64,000 bases of DNA. It comes from Amoebidium appalachense. Its lineage: Eukaryota; Protista; Ichthyosporea. The notes below the pieces were generated by a model. It worked only from the letters and a program-made list of their open reading frames with translations, made no database searches and was not told the DNA's origin. The position numbers were made by a program, and so were the translations under genes. This document shows positions 1-20,194 of this stretch, one piece after another. The stretch's first letter is position 1, and every line of letters begins with the position of its first letter. The stretch spans positions 3,252,722-3,316,721 of the forward strand of contig CAVNZM010000013.1 of NCBI GenBank assembly GCA_963693365.1, in the 5' to 3' direction.

Positions 1-246
1 TCGTCTTTGGTCAAGACGGGTTGACCCTCCCAAGTTCAGTTGATGCTGCTGTCTGAGTTGGAGAGTCGTATATACGCGGGCTAAGGGGTCGAAACTCAGA
101 CGCAATTGATGACTTGGGCCCTCCCTGAGGATGGGCTCTGCTGATGAAGCATACTGTGCGTATGGCTGATGTTGCATACTTAGTTGTTTGTTTTTTTGCA
201 TGTGTCCTTCGTGTATGCGTACTTCGTACCGTGTTCCGCATTCAAA
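1..246 (+). mobile_element. Poly(C)-associated dispersed repeat, subfamily A copy (5' end runs off the window)
   Basis: Near-identical to 12688-12877 and to the reverse complement of 58227-58394. Shares GGTCGAAACTC, CCCTGAGGATGGGCTCTGC and the terminal GCATTCAAA followed by C residues with the other copies. Confidence 0.8.
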
Positions 247-560
247 CCCCTTCGTTCTCTCTCTTAATCCCTCCCGCCCCACACACACACACACACACAC
301 CACCCTCCCGCTCCCCCAACAATCCCCCCCCCCCCCTTCCCCCCCCCCCCCCCCCCTCCCCCCCCCCTCCCCGCCCCCCTCCCTCTTCCCCTCTTCCCTC
401 CAAATTCCACCACCGCCGCCAACCACTTGGGTTTGTACTGTGATAAAATCTATCCCCCCCCCCCCCCCCCCCCTCCTTCCCCTGTCCCCCTCCCCCTTTT
501 CCAATACCCCCCCCCCCCCCCCCCCCCCCCCCTTTTCCAAGCCCCCCCCCCCCCCCCCCC

Positions 561-748
561 AGTGTAACAGTATCTGAGTTGGGTTTCGTTAACGAGGTGA
601 ATAGGTCGAAACTCGGGTACTGTGGATGACGTGGGCCCCCCCTGAGGATGGGCTCTGCTTATTATGCATACTCTTTATGTATGGCTTGCATTCTGCATCG
701 TGTTATCCGTTTGTTCTTGTGTACTTCGTACTTTTTGACGCATTCAAA
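561..748 (+). mobile_element. Poly(C)-associated dispersed repeat, subfamily B copy, 5'-truncated
   Basis: Near-identical to about 15030-15218 and to the 3' part of 15238-15630. Flanked by C runs on both sides (542-560 and from 749). Confidence 0.8.
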
Positions 749-762
749 CCCCCCCCCCCCCT

Positions 763-793
<31 letters not shown>

Positions 794-911
794 CTTTCAC
801 TCCCCTCCCCCTTCTCTCCCCGATCAACCATGTTCAAATATATGCACGTTGTCCCTACATTACAACTGGATGCACCAGTTTACATACCCAAACACAATCA
901 AAATCCCAGCA

Positions 912-965
<54 letters not shown>

Positions 966-1207
966 CACACACACACACCCACCCACCTCCGTTGCTCCCT
1001 TTTCCCGTCTCACAGTTACAGTCCGTTGCTCTTTGCCTGCGGTAGCCTTTCCCCTCCCTCCCCCTCCCCCCCCCCCCCCCCCCCCCCCTCCCTCTCACCC
1101 ACACACACACCCAAAAGGCCCCTTTCCCCTGACGCCGTGTTCGTTTCTAACCCTCCCTCCCCCCCCCTCCCCCCCCCCCCCCAACACACACACACACACA
1201 CACACAG

Positions 1208-1621
1208 GAAAGTTGCATCGTATCTGCCGGAGGAGGAAGCTGAGAACAAGCGAGGCATCAACTGGCAGATGTCAAAGAACAAGGGCCTGACACCAAGGAG
1301 AAAGTCAAACAACCCCCGTGTGAAGCACAAGGTAAATGCAGTCACTGTGCACACACACACACAGACACCCAGGCAGATATGGACATGCAGAGACATATAT
1401 ACGGGCGGACAGAGACATGCTGAACATGCACACTATACATGCTAAAGCACACACGCGCAAACACACAAACACACACACGGAGCACATGTACATACAGACA
1501 AGACACAGGCATGTGCAGGCAGAAACACGTGCATATAACACACACACACACACACACACCACACACACACACAAACACAAACACACACACGCACACACAC
1601 ACACACGCGCGCGCACACACA

Positions 1622-1713
<92 letters not shown>

Positions 1714-2387
1714 GCACGTACACAAATAACAAACAAACAAACAAACAAAAGAGAAGAAAAGGAAAAGAAAAAAGTAAGTACACACACACATACCGCACAC
1801 ACGGCCGACCCATTCTTTTTCGAAGTCCCTTGAGTGCAAAAGATGTGAAGCCAACTCCCAACGAAAAAAGGAAATAATGTCACCCTGGTATGCGCTAACA
1901 CGAAGCAAGCTTACGATAACCATCCCAAACCCCCCCCCCCCCCCCCCCCCCTTTCCCCTCCATCTCCCTAGTGGTCTTACAAATCCCCATTTTCACGCTT
2001 TTCAGATATGATTCACAATTGATTTCGCTTTGTGGTATTCGTTTTACTAATAGTGTCCGAGCATCTTTGTTTGCTATAAACAAATCTTCTTCAGCTTAAT
2101 ATTAGTAAAAAAAAATAGTAGTAATGGCTTGCTCACCGTATTACTTCTGTAATCCCACCCTGTTTCCTCGTTTGCCACTTAGCCTACATTCCACCCAATC
2201 GAAAATCTGCTATTCTGTTGGGTGTATCCTAAATTCTTTGCCCGCACAGATGAAATTCGACAAGGCGGTCAAGAAGCGCAAGACGGTTGTGCGGCAGGTG
2301 GTGCCCGGGCAGGCCGGTGCCGTGTACGGGGGAGAGGGCACTGGCATCAAGAAGAAGCTGGTCAAGTCAGTCAAGATCAAGGCCTAG
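1208..2387 (+). CDS. UTP3: SAS10/UTP3 (SSU processome) C-terminal exons; the gene starts upstream of the window
   Basis: Exons 1208-1331 and 2250-2387 (GT-AG, TAG stop) give KRGINWQMSKNKGLTPRRKSNNPRVKHK-MKFDKAVKKRK...YGGEGTGIKKKLVKSVKIKA, the Sas10 C-terminal domain pattern. Confidence 0.9.
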
Positions 2388-2586
2388 ATATGCTATATAT
2401 GGCTATTGGGGAGCGGCTGCCATTGGACGCTGCAGTTGGGCATGCTGTTATGTTGCCCTGTCGGTTTGTTTCCTTTTTCGTTTCTTTTCTTTTGTTTTTT
2501 GTTTTTCTTATTTAATCTAGCTTCTTTCGTATAAAATGCCCTTCTTGTGTGCATGTGTTTTGGTGGTGGTGGTGGTGGTGGTGGTG

Positions 2587-2617
<31 letters not shown>

Positions 2618-4451
2618 ACGGCTGCGAGGATGTTTTAACCGCTGGAGGAGGGGGGGGGAGGGGGGGGGGGAGGTTGGCTGCATTAATGCATAATAATACA
2701 TGTATCTCTCTTGTCTTGTTACCCTCGTAGTTAACGTTTCTTCTGAATGCAAGCTTGTGCAGTGAGTCAAGTAGCCGCAGGGGTGTTGCCGGCTGTGCCA
2801 ATGTTTTCTTGTTTGTTGTGTACATATTTATAAGACCCTGGGAGAAGGTGGCCAGCACCAGCGTCAAGCATGTTGCTTATGTGCCCCTGGGGCATTTGCT
2901 GGTCCTGTGGTGATGGGGACTGTGGTTGACTTAGAAGCATATGCACTCATCCCATCGGGCAAGGAAATACAGATGCCGTTCGCCATTAAGAACTCCCCCA
3001 AAATCGTGGTTGTGGTGCATTTTTTTAATTTTTTTGGTCGACCACTATCATATTCTTAATGGCACCGCAAGGGGGGAGAAAGGGGTGGTGGTGGTGCTGG
3101 GGGGGGGGGGGGGGGGGGGGGGGGGGGATGGGGGAAGGGGGGTGAGGGGGACGGAGGACACGTACACGGGGAGGTTTGGTGTGTGTGTATGTACGTCCAT
3201 CCTTGTCGCCATTTCCCTTTACATTTTGTGCGTGACTTTTAGCCATTGAACGAACGTCGTTTGAGATAAACCCGCGGCGCGCTTTAGCGTTTTATCTGCA
3301 AACGGATCGGTCAGATTGGATCACATTTAAGCCAATCAAGAAGCGACCAAAAATCTTTTGCGCCGGGCGCGAGCCGCGCGACTCGTGCATGAGCCATGCG
3401 GGGCTGGAGCTTCGGGTGGTTATTGGCTGGCGATCGGTTTAAAAACATGTGTATCAGGGGCAAATTGCAAGGTTATCGACAATGTATCGTAGCTAAAGAG
3501 GCTCGCTACACACCAACAAAGGGCATCTTCCACCGCATTTACTGTTATATTTTAATGTTTTTTTACAAAAAGCCGAGAGCAAGCGTTAATCCAGAAATAT
3601 TGTGCGGTATACCGGCCAAAATGCCCCCTAACGCGGTGACTTTCACACGTACAGACCGAATCTGGAAATTTCATCTGCGACCCCGTACGTGTAGCCGTGA
3701 AAAAGTATCATGTTGGAGACATCTTTTTCAATAGTTACAAAGCACACAAATCTGTGAAAAGTTGCCTTCCACTGGATTTGCATATAAACGGCTTGTTTTT
3801 TTTGTTTTTTTTGAGCTCCATTGCTTTATTCTCTACTAAATAAACGTGTAGACGAGATGCCCTTTTGGCAGTCGGCCAGTGGGAGCCTGAAATTTTCCAG
3901 GCTTTGTTTTTTTTTTTTTTGGGAATGTGCTTTTCTTATCAGGAGTGTGATGATTGGGCGTTTGAAGATGCGTCATGGATGTCTCACCATACCTGAAATG
4001 CCAATTGCAATGCATATACCGCATCTGCCGCTGCCGCAATGCATTCGGCCATTTGGACAAATGCAGGCTGCAGCTGTGAAATTACTGTTTTGACCAGGGG
4101 CATTTCGGGCCTACGGCCCGAAGCCCGATGACCCTAACCGTGCCACACGCCACGGGGGGGTATATTCAGTTTTACCCCCCGACGGGGGGGGGGGGGGGTA
4201 CCCCCCCCCCCCCCCCCCCCCCCGCGGTGTACGTGTGTACGTCATATACTTGTGTACGTGTGTGTCTACTGCCAATGTGTGTGCGTGTGTGTGCGTACGC
4301 GTACGTGTGCACTGTGGTACACATGTGAGTGCGTGTGCACTGCAGTGTGTAACGGTGCGTGTGCGTGTGCCTTTGGTATAGCTCTGGCGTGTCTCATGTG
4401 TGTGTATGTACATGTGCCTGTGTGTGCCGTGCAACACCAGTCTCTGCACGG

Positions 4452-4504
<53 letters not shown>

Positions 4505-5059
4505 TTTATGTGTGTGTGTGCAGTATATATGTGTACGTGTGTGTACGTGTGTCTGTGTGTGATGCATGTGTGTGTGTGAGTACACTCATGAAGTACAATG
4601 GCATGCGCTTGAATCTGACATTGCTATAGTTTCTCAAAGAACGGTTTGCCTTGCACCCTGATTTATAAATATGTACATGCCACTACAGTGGCCATCATTC
4701 ACCACCCGGACTCGCGGCAAGATCCTAGGGGATGCTAGTAGGGCACCAGGCCACTAGTAAGATCTACTTAATCTAACTAGACTAAACTCTGAGGCATCCA
4801 ATGCTGCCCATATACTCTAGACTAAGTCACACTACCCACTAATCTATTATAGCCAAGCTATTTATCGAGATTGCATACTATTATAACTCGCATTTTTTTT
4901 GTAAAAGAAAAAAATAAAATAAAAAACACACACACACCACAAACACACACAACACACGCGCGCGCGCACACACACACCGATGGCACTAAAAAGCACAAAT
5001 AGAGCCCAAAAGAAAAAGGGAAAAAAACTATAGACACACACACACACACCACAAACACA

Positions 5060-5094
<35 letters not shown>

Positions 5095-5150
5095 CGGTGG
5101 CACTAAAAAGCACAAAAAGAGAAATTTATAGACACACACACTCACCGGTA

Positions 5151-5210
<60 letters not shown>

Positions 5211-5713
5211 GTCACCGATGGCACTTACAAGCATAAATAGAGCCAAAAAACTCAACATAAGCCAATAACTACGTTTTCAATGCAGCTCCCACCCACTAGT
5301 TGCCTACCACCAAGCATCACTTACATGTGTACCTCCCACCTACACATGCCAACCACAACTGCACTTAGATGTAGGGCCTGAAGATATTCGACCCGCCGGC
5401 AGCCCCAGGTGAAACGTGCCCCAGGTAGCCTACAACTAGGTGGCTGGCTCTCGTTGCCAGTCATGTTTCAGTTTGAGCTCGAGGTGTATGAAAAAATTAA
5501 TGAAAACCGCCAGGAAACTAATATTAGAAGGTCTACAAGTCGAAGTGGGATGTGGGTGACAGCTGCTTTTACTATTTATACCCATGACGAAAAAACTCTT
5601 GACCCTCTGGAAGTTTTTTTCCGGGAGCGCGCCACAAAGGGGCAGAGTGTGTTTTGTTTCGTCGAAACTGGCGCGAAGGGATATGGTTGGTTATAACGAA
5701 TTCGGTTTAATTT

Positions 5714-5746
5714 CACGGCCATCTAGGGTGTTTCTAGATGGCCGTG
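5714..5746. mobile_element. 33-bp palindromic mini-element with 9-bp TSD
   Basis: CACGGCCATCTAG-ggtgttt-CTAGATGGCCGTG flanked by the direct repeat GTTTAATTT (5705-5713 and 5747-5755). Confidence 0.7.
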
Positions 5747-6193
5747 GTTTAATTTGAAAACTTCAAATATGTCCTAGTTGGGTCTATTTCTGGTTACCAA
5801 TTGGACTTCTGTTCCAAAAATAAGTTGGCCCAACGCCCACTGCCCTCCCCAGAGTCAATAGACTTGGATATGAAGGGGCTCGATAGAAAATTCGAAAGAA
5901 AAAAAGACGGGTATCTGCTACACTAGCTGGCAATGTGAACACTTAAGACTTTTTGTTGAATTCTGTTGGTCGTCACATTGAGTATTTATATGATTTTCAC
6001 ACAGTGTTCAGGTATTTCAGTATGCACTTGTTACTGGATAACTCGTGAAGTTTTTATTGTCTTCTCAGTATGCCGTGCATACTTGCATATCTTTCCGTCG
6101 AATAAATCCAGTTAAAAGAAAAAAGAAAAAAAAAGAACTGGGGGAGGGGGAGGCCCCCGAGAGGTATGGTCGGAGGGGGGGGGGGGGGGGGGT

Positions 6194-6228
<35 letters not shown>

Positions 6229-6389
6229 TAGTAGGGGTGATTTCCTATGACCCTACTAGGGTGCATTTTCTCAAAAATTAGTGGACCTAGCCTCCAAAAG
6301 TTAGGTGCAGTTTCGGAAAGTTAGGGGCATTTTTTAATTATACGGGTATATATAGGTTATGCCTATGGGAAAGTGTTTTTCGATATAAC

Positions 6390-6410
6390 CACGGCCATCT
6401 GATGGCCGTG
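6390..6410. repeat. 21-bp palindrome related to the 5714-5746 element
   Basis: CACGGCCATC-t-GATGGCCGTG has the same terminal sequence. No clean TSD. Confidence 0.6.
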
Positions 6411-7010
6411 GATCATGAGCTATGTAGCAAGCCTTGTTGAAGGCCTTCGCCGGTGTTTCCTCAGTTGGCCCTCTGCGGTGGATTCTAAAAATAGAAAAAT
6501 GTTTACAAATTTGGAACCTTAGGTCTCTTTGTGAATTTATCTGCGAATCCCCCTTGAAGTCTAGCTATCCAATTAATTGAGATATATTATCTTTTCATCT
6601 TACTGATGATTGAAATTACGACTACATCATAAGTTAATTAGCAGCGGCTACTTACGTAAAAAGAGGGAATGTATGTGTAGCAAACAAAAAAAAACACTAT
6701 GTATAAAGTTATGTGATTATATAAAAGCCTCATGACTATGCCTTAACTGTATGTGGGGGAAAATGTACAGTTCATTCTACATTCTGACTAATTTCCGCAG
6801 GCTGAAAACATAAGAAAATAGCACCTGTAATTTAAAATTTATACGATCCCCCCGTCCCGAAAAGGCACACTGCGGCGCGTCGACCACGCCACCGCTCTCA
6901 CCAGCGCCGGCCGTTCCGTTTTCGCTTTTCACGTTTGCCGTTGTGTGTCGGTCAAACATCACTTTTTCCTTTTAGTGTTGGGTAGCCCTGCTGCACCGCA
7001 GACCGACGCC

Positions 7011-8603
7011 ATGGCCCTCGTCCAGTCCATCTACCACAACTTCTTCCGAAGGAACTCTGCTTTCTTCGCCACCTGCCTTGTGGTAGGTTTACCTTGGGCC
7101 TTCTTGCTGTGCAAATATCACAGAACTAGGGGAATGTGCTGAGCCAACAGCGGAAGAAGGAAAGCAATTAGGAAAACGTTTCAGATACAGGTGGAGGTAT
7201 TTACTGCGCAATGGACGGCGGGGCAGACGTATAGTGCATGGGGGGCAACATTTCACCCTGGCCGCGCTGCTTGCTTGCATTTGTTTTTCCAGCAAGGTTT
7301 TTTCTGAGGTCCGAGTTTGCTGCACTTAGTTTTTTCTACATCTTTGAGAAGCGATATCAAAGGTTAGGGAAAGACACAGCGGTAGGAAGTTTACGATAAG
7401 TTTTCTGGTCATGGCTGTTTAGCGGACGTTTTCGAAGCAACATCTTTCTGTCCATGCCCGCTTCACCCTGGATAAACGTGTTGCTGGAGCAACCACAGCA
7501 CACTTATGTAGCTCTGGTTTCATGGGTAGACATAATATTCTATGACATACACGCGAAGCACTTTTAAGGAAAAATGCAGTCGTTATCGAGTGGCGGTTAA
7601 TGTGCTGTGGAACGGTTGGGAGGGATGTTGGAGGGTGCAAGGGCATGTGTCCGTGTGTCCGTGCCACTGTGCTTGTGTTTCATGCACTACCCTCTCTCCC
7701 GTCTCACATGTCCCGCTTGTCTTTCTTTGCCCCTACCCTATATCCCCTGAGCCCCCTCCTCGTGTCCTCTTTCAAACAGCAACATCTATAACAAACACGT
7801 GTCGCGGTTGGTGCACAGTGAGCAATGGAGTAGACACGGTGATGGAAAAGACGGGAGACGGAACGAACGGTTGGGGGGGGGGGATGGGGGAGAAGGGGAG
7901 TGTGTGTGTGAACGCATTGAAGGATTGTGTTCGTGCCTGTCGTAGCAAGAGGCTATGCCCCAAGTGTACGGCTAGAGGTGAAAGACAAATCATTGACAAC
8001 AGGCGGGGACAGGTTGGTGTGTTCGCAGAGCAGGGCTTCGAGAGGACAGTTGATTACTACTATGAGGACGTCCTCAACAAGGGGGTACGTGTGTGTGTGT
8101 GTGTGTGTGTGTGCATGTGGGGTTCTGTGTGGCTGTGCCCACTGTGTGTGCCTTTTTTGGCGTCCCTCTCTGGCTGTTCTCAGCGGGTATCCTTGCGAGG
8201 GTTTGAGCTTGCCCTTCAGTCCTGTGGTTTTTGCAACCGTGTGTGAAGTTGTGCACGTGCTGCGTTTCTGTATGATAATGCCTCCACCCCCACCACCTCC
8301 CCACTCCCCCCCCCCCGTTTATTGTTCATGTTGCTTTGCATAACTGATTGGTGTGCGTGCAACACGACTGCAAGTACATTTTTCGGCCACATCACACATC
8401 CACAAGCCTTGCAGCTTTCCAAGCAACAGCGGACGTCCACACACACACATACAAAGACTCTTCTATGCGCACACACTTGCATACATGAACAGGGTGCCTA
8501 GTTATCTATGTGTGTTAAAGAAACACCTGTAGGGCGTGAGCTGACTGGTGTGTGCTCACAGAAACTGTGGAAGCACATTAAGCCCGCTGAGTCGACCGAG
8601 TAA
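7011..8603 (+). CDS. QCR9: Cytochrome b-c1 complex subunit 9 (QCR9/UQCR10), 61 aa, 3 exons
   Basis: Exons 7011-7082, 8013-8084 and 8562-8603: MALVQSIYHNFFRRNSAFFATCLV-VGVFAEQGFERTVDYYYEDVLNKG-KLWKHIKPAESTE*. Family hallmarks Y..FF.RN and NKGKLWK; all phases consistent. Confidence 0.9.
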
Positions 8604-9394
8604 ACTTAAATAATGGATTGTGTGTAGTGCCTGCCGTGCCAGGTGAGCTGCAGCAACAAGCCCAACAAACACACACACACACACACACACACACAATGGG
8701 CGCACGCGCAAACATCATTCTGATGAGTAGAAGCTCACACACCACACACACGGACACATGCATGCACACGTGCTTGTGCCCGCACACACGGGACACTGAC
8801 ACATTAAAATACATATGCATACATGCACTTATTTACACAGCCACCCGTGCACGCACACACACACAGACACAGACACACACACACACACAGTTACATACAA
8901 ATGAATGCATACATCCACCGTTTCATACACAAGCACGTGCACCCTCCTATACACACATGTCCACACGCATTCACCTCCAACCACGCACATGCGCACACAG
9001 ACACACGCACAGAGGCATGCAGGCACACACCGCATGCACAAGTATAGTTCTACACCCGAATACCCTCCGTGAAAGGGCCCCTCTGCCCCCACCAGCACAC
9101 ACTTACAAACTATCTCTTTCACTCACACGTGATTGCTTTGTCCTGACCGACCCTTGCGTCAGCTGCTTACACCTCATTGATCATGTCATTTGTGGCCACA
9201 CACACATGCACACACACACACGCACGTAGAAAAATCAGATACACAGCAAAATATGGAGGGATAGAAGAGAAGAGAAGCTTTTAGTTTTGGCCACGTGAAG
9301 ACTAAGGAGTCGTGGGGAAAGGTTTACGGGGAAGGAGACATGAGTTTCTTTGGCGGGAGTGTGTGTGTGTGTGTGAATGTGTTTTTTGGGGGGT

Positions 9395-9431
<37 letters not shown>

Positions 9432-10786
9432 CTGGCTAGTATCGTGACTGTGTGGATACGTGTTTCTTTTTTGTTTGTTTGTTTGTTTGTTTTCTCGAAG
9501 CAAGGAGCAAGGAGGTATGCTCAGTCGTGCCTTGGTGCTGTATACAGCCGTGGATGACTACATAGAGTGCACGAACCACATTGCACCCACATTGACAAAA
9601 CACAAGCATTGATTCGCAAATCTGAAACACGTGCAAACACAACACACCCTTCCCTTCCTACCTAATGTTTCACGCTTCATGTGGGTTCCGTTCGTTATTG
9701 CATTCGTTCTCTATCCTGCAAGATACAAGCTCTGTTCTTGGTCGTGTGTAATTGTGTGCTTTGTTCTGTGTAGCGATTTAAATTAACTGAATCTTCCCCC
9801 CCCCCCCCCCCCCCCCCCCAAACACACACACACAAACACACACACACACACAACAAGACAGGGGATTCTGGGTGATGTAGGGCCACGGGCAGGGTTCGAA
9901 AGGCAACGTGGTTCCCGTGACTGCCGAGTCAATAAATCGAATTGCTGGGCCGTGGCCATTTCGCCCCGTGTGTCGATTACATAATGTTCGTTATGTTTTC
10001 GGGGGGATTTAGTATCCTGTGTGTTGAACTCCCTGGGACGTGTGTGTGTGTGTGTGTTTGGCTGGGGGGGGGGGGGGTAAACTTACGTCTGCACGCAGTC
10101 GTCAATAATACAAGTAGGCCTAGGCCGTCGTTTGCCTTTCGTGTCCGGCCAGTCATCTGTGTGATGTTTGCATATGTAAAGGAGTAGTAATACTGAAGGT
10201 GGTGTGTTATTTTCTTGTTTTGTTTGCATTGCAATTGGGGACTTGCGGGAGAAAAGCAAGCTTGAGGGCCACATGTATAGGGGTTGGTGTGGGCAAGAGC
10301 ATGGATACAAAAGGCGCACACAGGTCTCATATGCATGCCCCTACAGGCTGATGTTCCGTATTGTGTTGGAGCTTTTATGGACTTATTGAAACAACTTATG
10401 TTTAACGTTTAAGGTGCAAGTGGTGCATACGGACGTACGGCCGAGTTCGATGTCGTGCCACGGACAGAGGGTGTAGCGTTCGTGACTCCCGAGGCAGGAG
10501 TGCGAATCCGGATGCTTTTGTCATGAAATATCAGTCGCTGTTCAAAATTTCATGACAAACTGCGGTTGGATTTGGCCACACCGCATGTGTGCGTCACCGT
10601 CATCACTCGACAGTCAGACATCAGAGAGACAAAGCGCACTCTTTTCGTTTGACGGACACGTTTCGCTACGTTTTCCCCCAACATCGTGCGATCAGGTCTT
10701 CGCTGTATAGCTATTAAGTTAGGCGTATCCAAACTAGATTACTTCCGTTTACCAAGAAGTTGGTTCAGAGAAAAAAAAAAAGAAAA

Positions 10787-16829
<6,043 letters not shown>

Positions 16830-16845
16830 AGTGTGTGTATGTATG

Positions 16846-16893
<48 letters not shown>

Positions 16894-18184
16894 CGTGCAC
16901 GTGTGCGCGCGCCTTGTTTGTTTTTGTTTGTTTGTGTGTGTGTGTTATTTGTCTTCTTTTTGATTTGTGTGTGTTGTGTATGTGTTTGTGTGTGTGTGTG
17001 TTTTGGGAGCGGGAGGCTTGGTTTTTGGGCTGTGGGTGTGATTTTCTGAGGTTTCTTTGATGGCATTGGTAACTGGATTCCTTTTTGGGTTCTGGTTTGT
17101 TGTTGTTTTAGTTCGATGGTGAAGCAAATGTAATTTTGGAAGGTGTCTTGCTTTGGAGGCCGAAATATGAACGAGATACAAGTGTAATAAAGATAAGGAC
17201 ATTGGCAAGATACATTTGCGCTATTTTCCGGTTTATGTGCCCTACATATTGGTGGGTTGGTTGCAAGGAATAGCAAACAAATGTTGTGCACACTACTACT
17301 CGTATATTCCTACTTTTTTGTGGTTTTATATAAACTTTTTTTTTTTGCCAGTGTGCGCGCTAAACTTCCCGCCCAAGTATCCACGTTTGGCTAATCAGTG
17401 AGATCGTGCGCGAATTATTGGTCCATACAAAGATTTTTGAGATTGCGGTATCTGATTGCGGTATCTGAGTTCTTCATATATATATGCATCTAATCAGAAA
17501 GCGCACGTTGTAACGTTCTTACGTAAAATCACTTAACTACTTGCAGCTTTACAATTTTGATGAAGTCTTTTTGCGATACTGTGAACCCCCTCGAGCATCC
17601 CCCTCTCTCTCTCTCATCTCTCTCTCCCCCTCCCTCCCCTCCTCCTCCCCCTCCTTCCCCCCCTCCCCCCCCCCCCCCCCCCCCCACCTCCTTCCCGCTT
17701 CCATAGCTTCTGCCCGGGACACCAAGCTATATCAAAGGGAGGTGCATGTCATTGCCCCCCCCCCCCCCCCCCCCCTCCCCCCCCCCCCCCCCCCCCCCCC
17801 CGGTCACCCACCCACCCACACGTACAAGCACCCATACATCCACCGGAGTACACAACTTGAACCCGTCACCACCAGTCATCGAGGAGTGCACACACACACA
17901 CGCACACACACACAAAAATACACGTGCGCATATCCATGCCATGCGCAAGTACATTCGCACAGGCACACATGGGTAGGCCTGTTACAGTAAATCGTGAGAC
18001 ACACTACATCCATTTGCCACAAATTAAATTTACCTGATATAAAACATATACTCAGGTAGCAAAAGGATGTAGTAATTATATATAATGTGTCTCACAAGAG
18101 AGAAGCAGAGAGACTCTCGGGGAGAGAGAAGGGGGGAGGGGGGGGGGGGGAGAGAGAGGGGGTGGGCAGGGAGAGAAAGCCTCA

Positions 18185-18253
<69 letters not shown>

Positions 18254-19267
18254 GGGGGGGGGGGGGGGAGACGGCAACACCGGTGTGGTACTGTAAACTC
18301 CCAGGAACGTTATGGTTTCACCTCAAAATCACCAATACGATATTCAGAAGGCTTTCTTCCCATTAGCATGGCTTAGATGACCTACAGTAAGCGTATAATT
18401 CATGATACGCTAATAGTATAAGTAGGAACGTGTATAGGTACATTCCGGGCATTCTGATATAGGTACATATATCATCCTGCCAGGCAGAGCAAAGTGGAAG
18501 ACAATTGCTACCCTCCGGTAGGTGAACCAGGGGGGGAAAGAATGCATTCAGTAGCTCTCACAATCAAGGGAAAAGAATACATACAGGCAGTGTTTTCTGG
18601 TTGTTCGTAAGTGCCGGCTGCATTCATTTGCACTGCAACTGTGAGAGCTTGTGAGTCAGTCACCATTTTTTGGTGGAATGCATCATGGCAGGTCGATCAC
18701 CATATACACCAGTGCAGAAGGATAAAATTACAATGAATAAACGTATTTCAATACGGTCATGACGTCTCTCGGTCAGGCTTAAGGGGTTACTTTGAAAAAC
18801 GTTTCTATGTCATACTATAATGATTAGAAGTAGCCTACTTTATACTACCAGTACCGTCAATCATAGTCCACTGGGACCCATGTGGTGTAAATCGCACCTC
18901 AAGGTGAACGAGGGCTCACATGTGAAGGTGCAGTACCACGCCCAGACACCTAGGTACACAACATGTACACCTACATAAATATGATGATTCATGCATCCAA
19001 TATACCTCATTGGGCTAGGCCTAATAGTATATAGCTGGGTTATCATCGCTCAACGGGAAAATCTCCGGAATTTTCCTTCAGCTTCGACTCGAGCATATAT
19101 TCGAATCTATCTGGATCATCTCCACATGCTTTGCAAGCCCCCTCCTCCCCCCCCCCCTCCCCCCCCCCCCCTTCCCCCCCCCCCCCCCCCCCCCCCTCCT
19201 TTTGCATGTACTCAGTGATAGATCTCGAACTCAGATAATTATACAATGAGCATGTATTAGACACATC

Positions 19268-19317
<50 letters not shown>

Positions 19318-19374
19318 TAGAGGTTACTGATCTGCATACGCAAATAACTCCCCCCCTCCCCCCCCCTCCCCCTT

Positions 19375-19413
<39 letters not shown>

Positions 19414-19619
19414 AAAAAAAAAAAAAAACCCTAACCCCAACAAGCACACTCACACACACGTACACACACACTAATATGCAAACATATGCAGCATTGGAAA
19501 AGGAGTGAGTGTGCATGTTGTAGATGTGTTTCACGAACACCTGCCTTATGTGTGGTAGTGGTGGGGTTGGGGGTGGAGTGGTGTTGGTGGGGGGAGGGGA
19601 GGGGGGAGGGGGGAGGGGC

Positions 19620-20149
19620 AGGGGTTATGGAAACAGTTTTTAGTGCGTAAGACCTAGACACAACATTTTGCTTGTGCATATGATCACCACAGTTGAACAA
19701 CGTGTTCATGGGGCAGACAGATAGTCCAACAGAATCTACCCTTACGTGTTTGTTTTTGCCTCATGGCTCTCTTCCAAAAAAACCTACCAAGGCCTGGATG
19801 TAGTCGTTTTCTTCAGCATCTTTTGTGGAGCGAGTTCAGGGTCCCTTCCAGCTAGTCACACTCGTCAAAACTGCAAGAAAGGACTTGAACCTGCCGAAAA
19901 ATATTCTACATCTGACAATGTTCATGTATTGGTAATGTCGCCCAAGGAGCCCCAATGAAACAACCAACAACATTGTGGTATGTCGTAAATCCAGCAGCAT
20001 TAACACAACTCGAACTGTACGTACTGTAAGAAATTTTGGCAATAGGATAATGGAAAGCCAATCTTGGAGAGGGTCGAAGAGAGTAAAAGTTTATATGCGT
20101 CAGCGCTAGGAGTCGGGCTTTTGAGGGGGGGGGGGGGGGGGGGGGGGAA

Positions 20150-20194
<45 letters not shown>

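Noticed and set aside
141-147. CTGATGA hammerhead core or C box
   Set aside because: Not conserved in sibling copies (CTTATGA, CTTAAAA), and there is no downstream GAAA stem.
2766-3246. Possible small two-exon minus-strand gene next to a CG/CCAAT-rich region
   Set aside because: No recognisable homology and an arbitrary splice model.
4095-5425. Possible hAT MITE (CAGGGGCA ... TGCCCCAG)
   Set aside because: Imperfect TIR and no matching TSD.
10460-10515. tRNA-like stretch
   Set aside because: Cannot be folded into a cloverleaf; boxes are degenerate.
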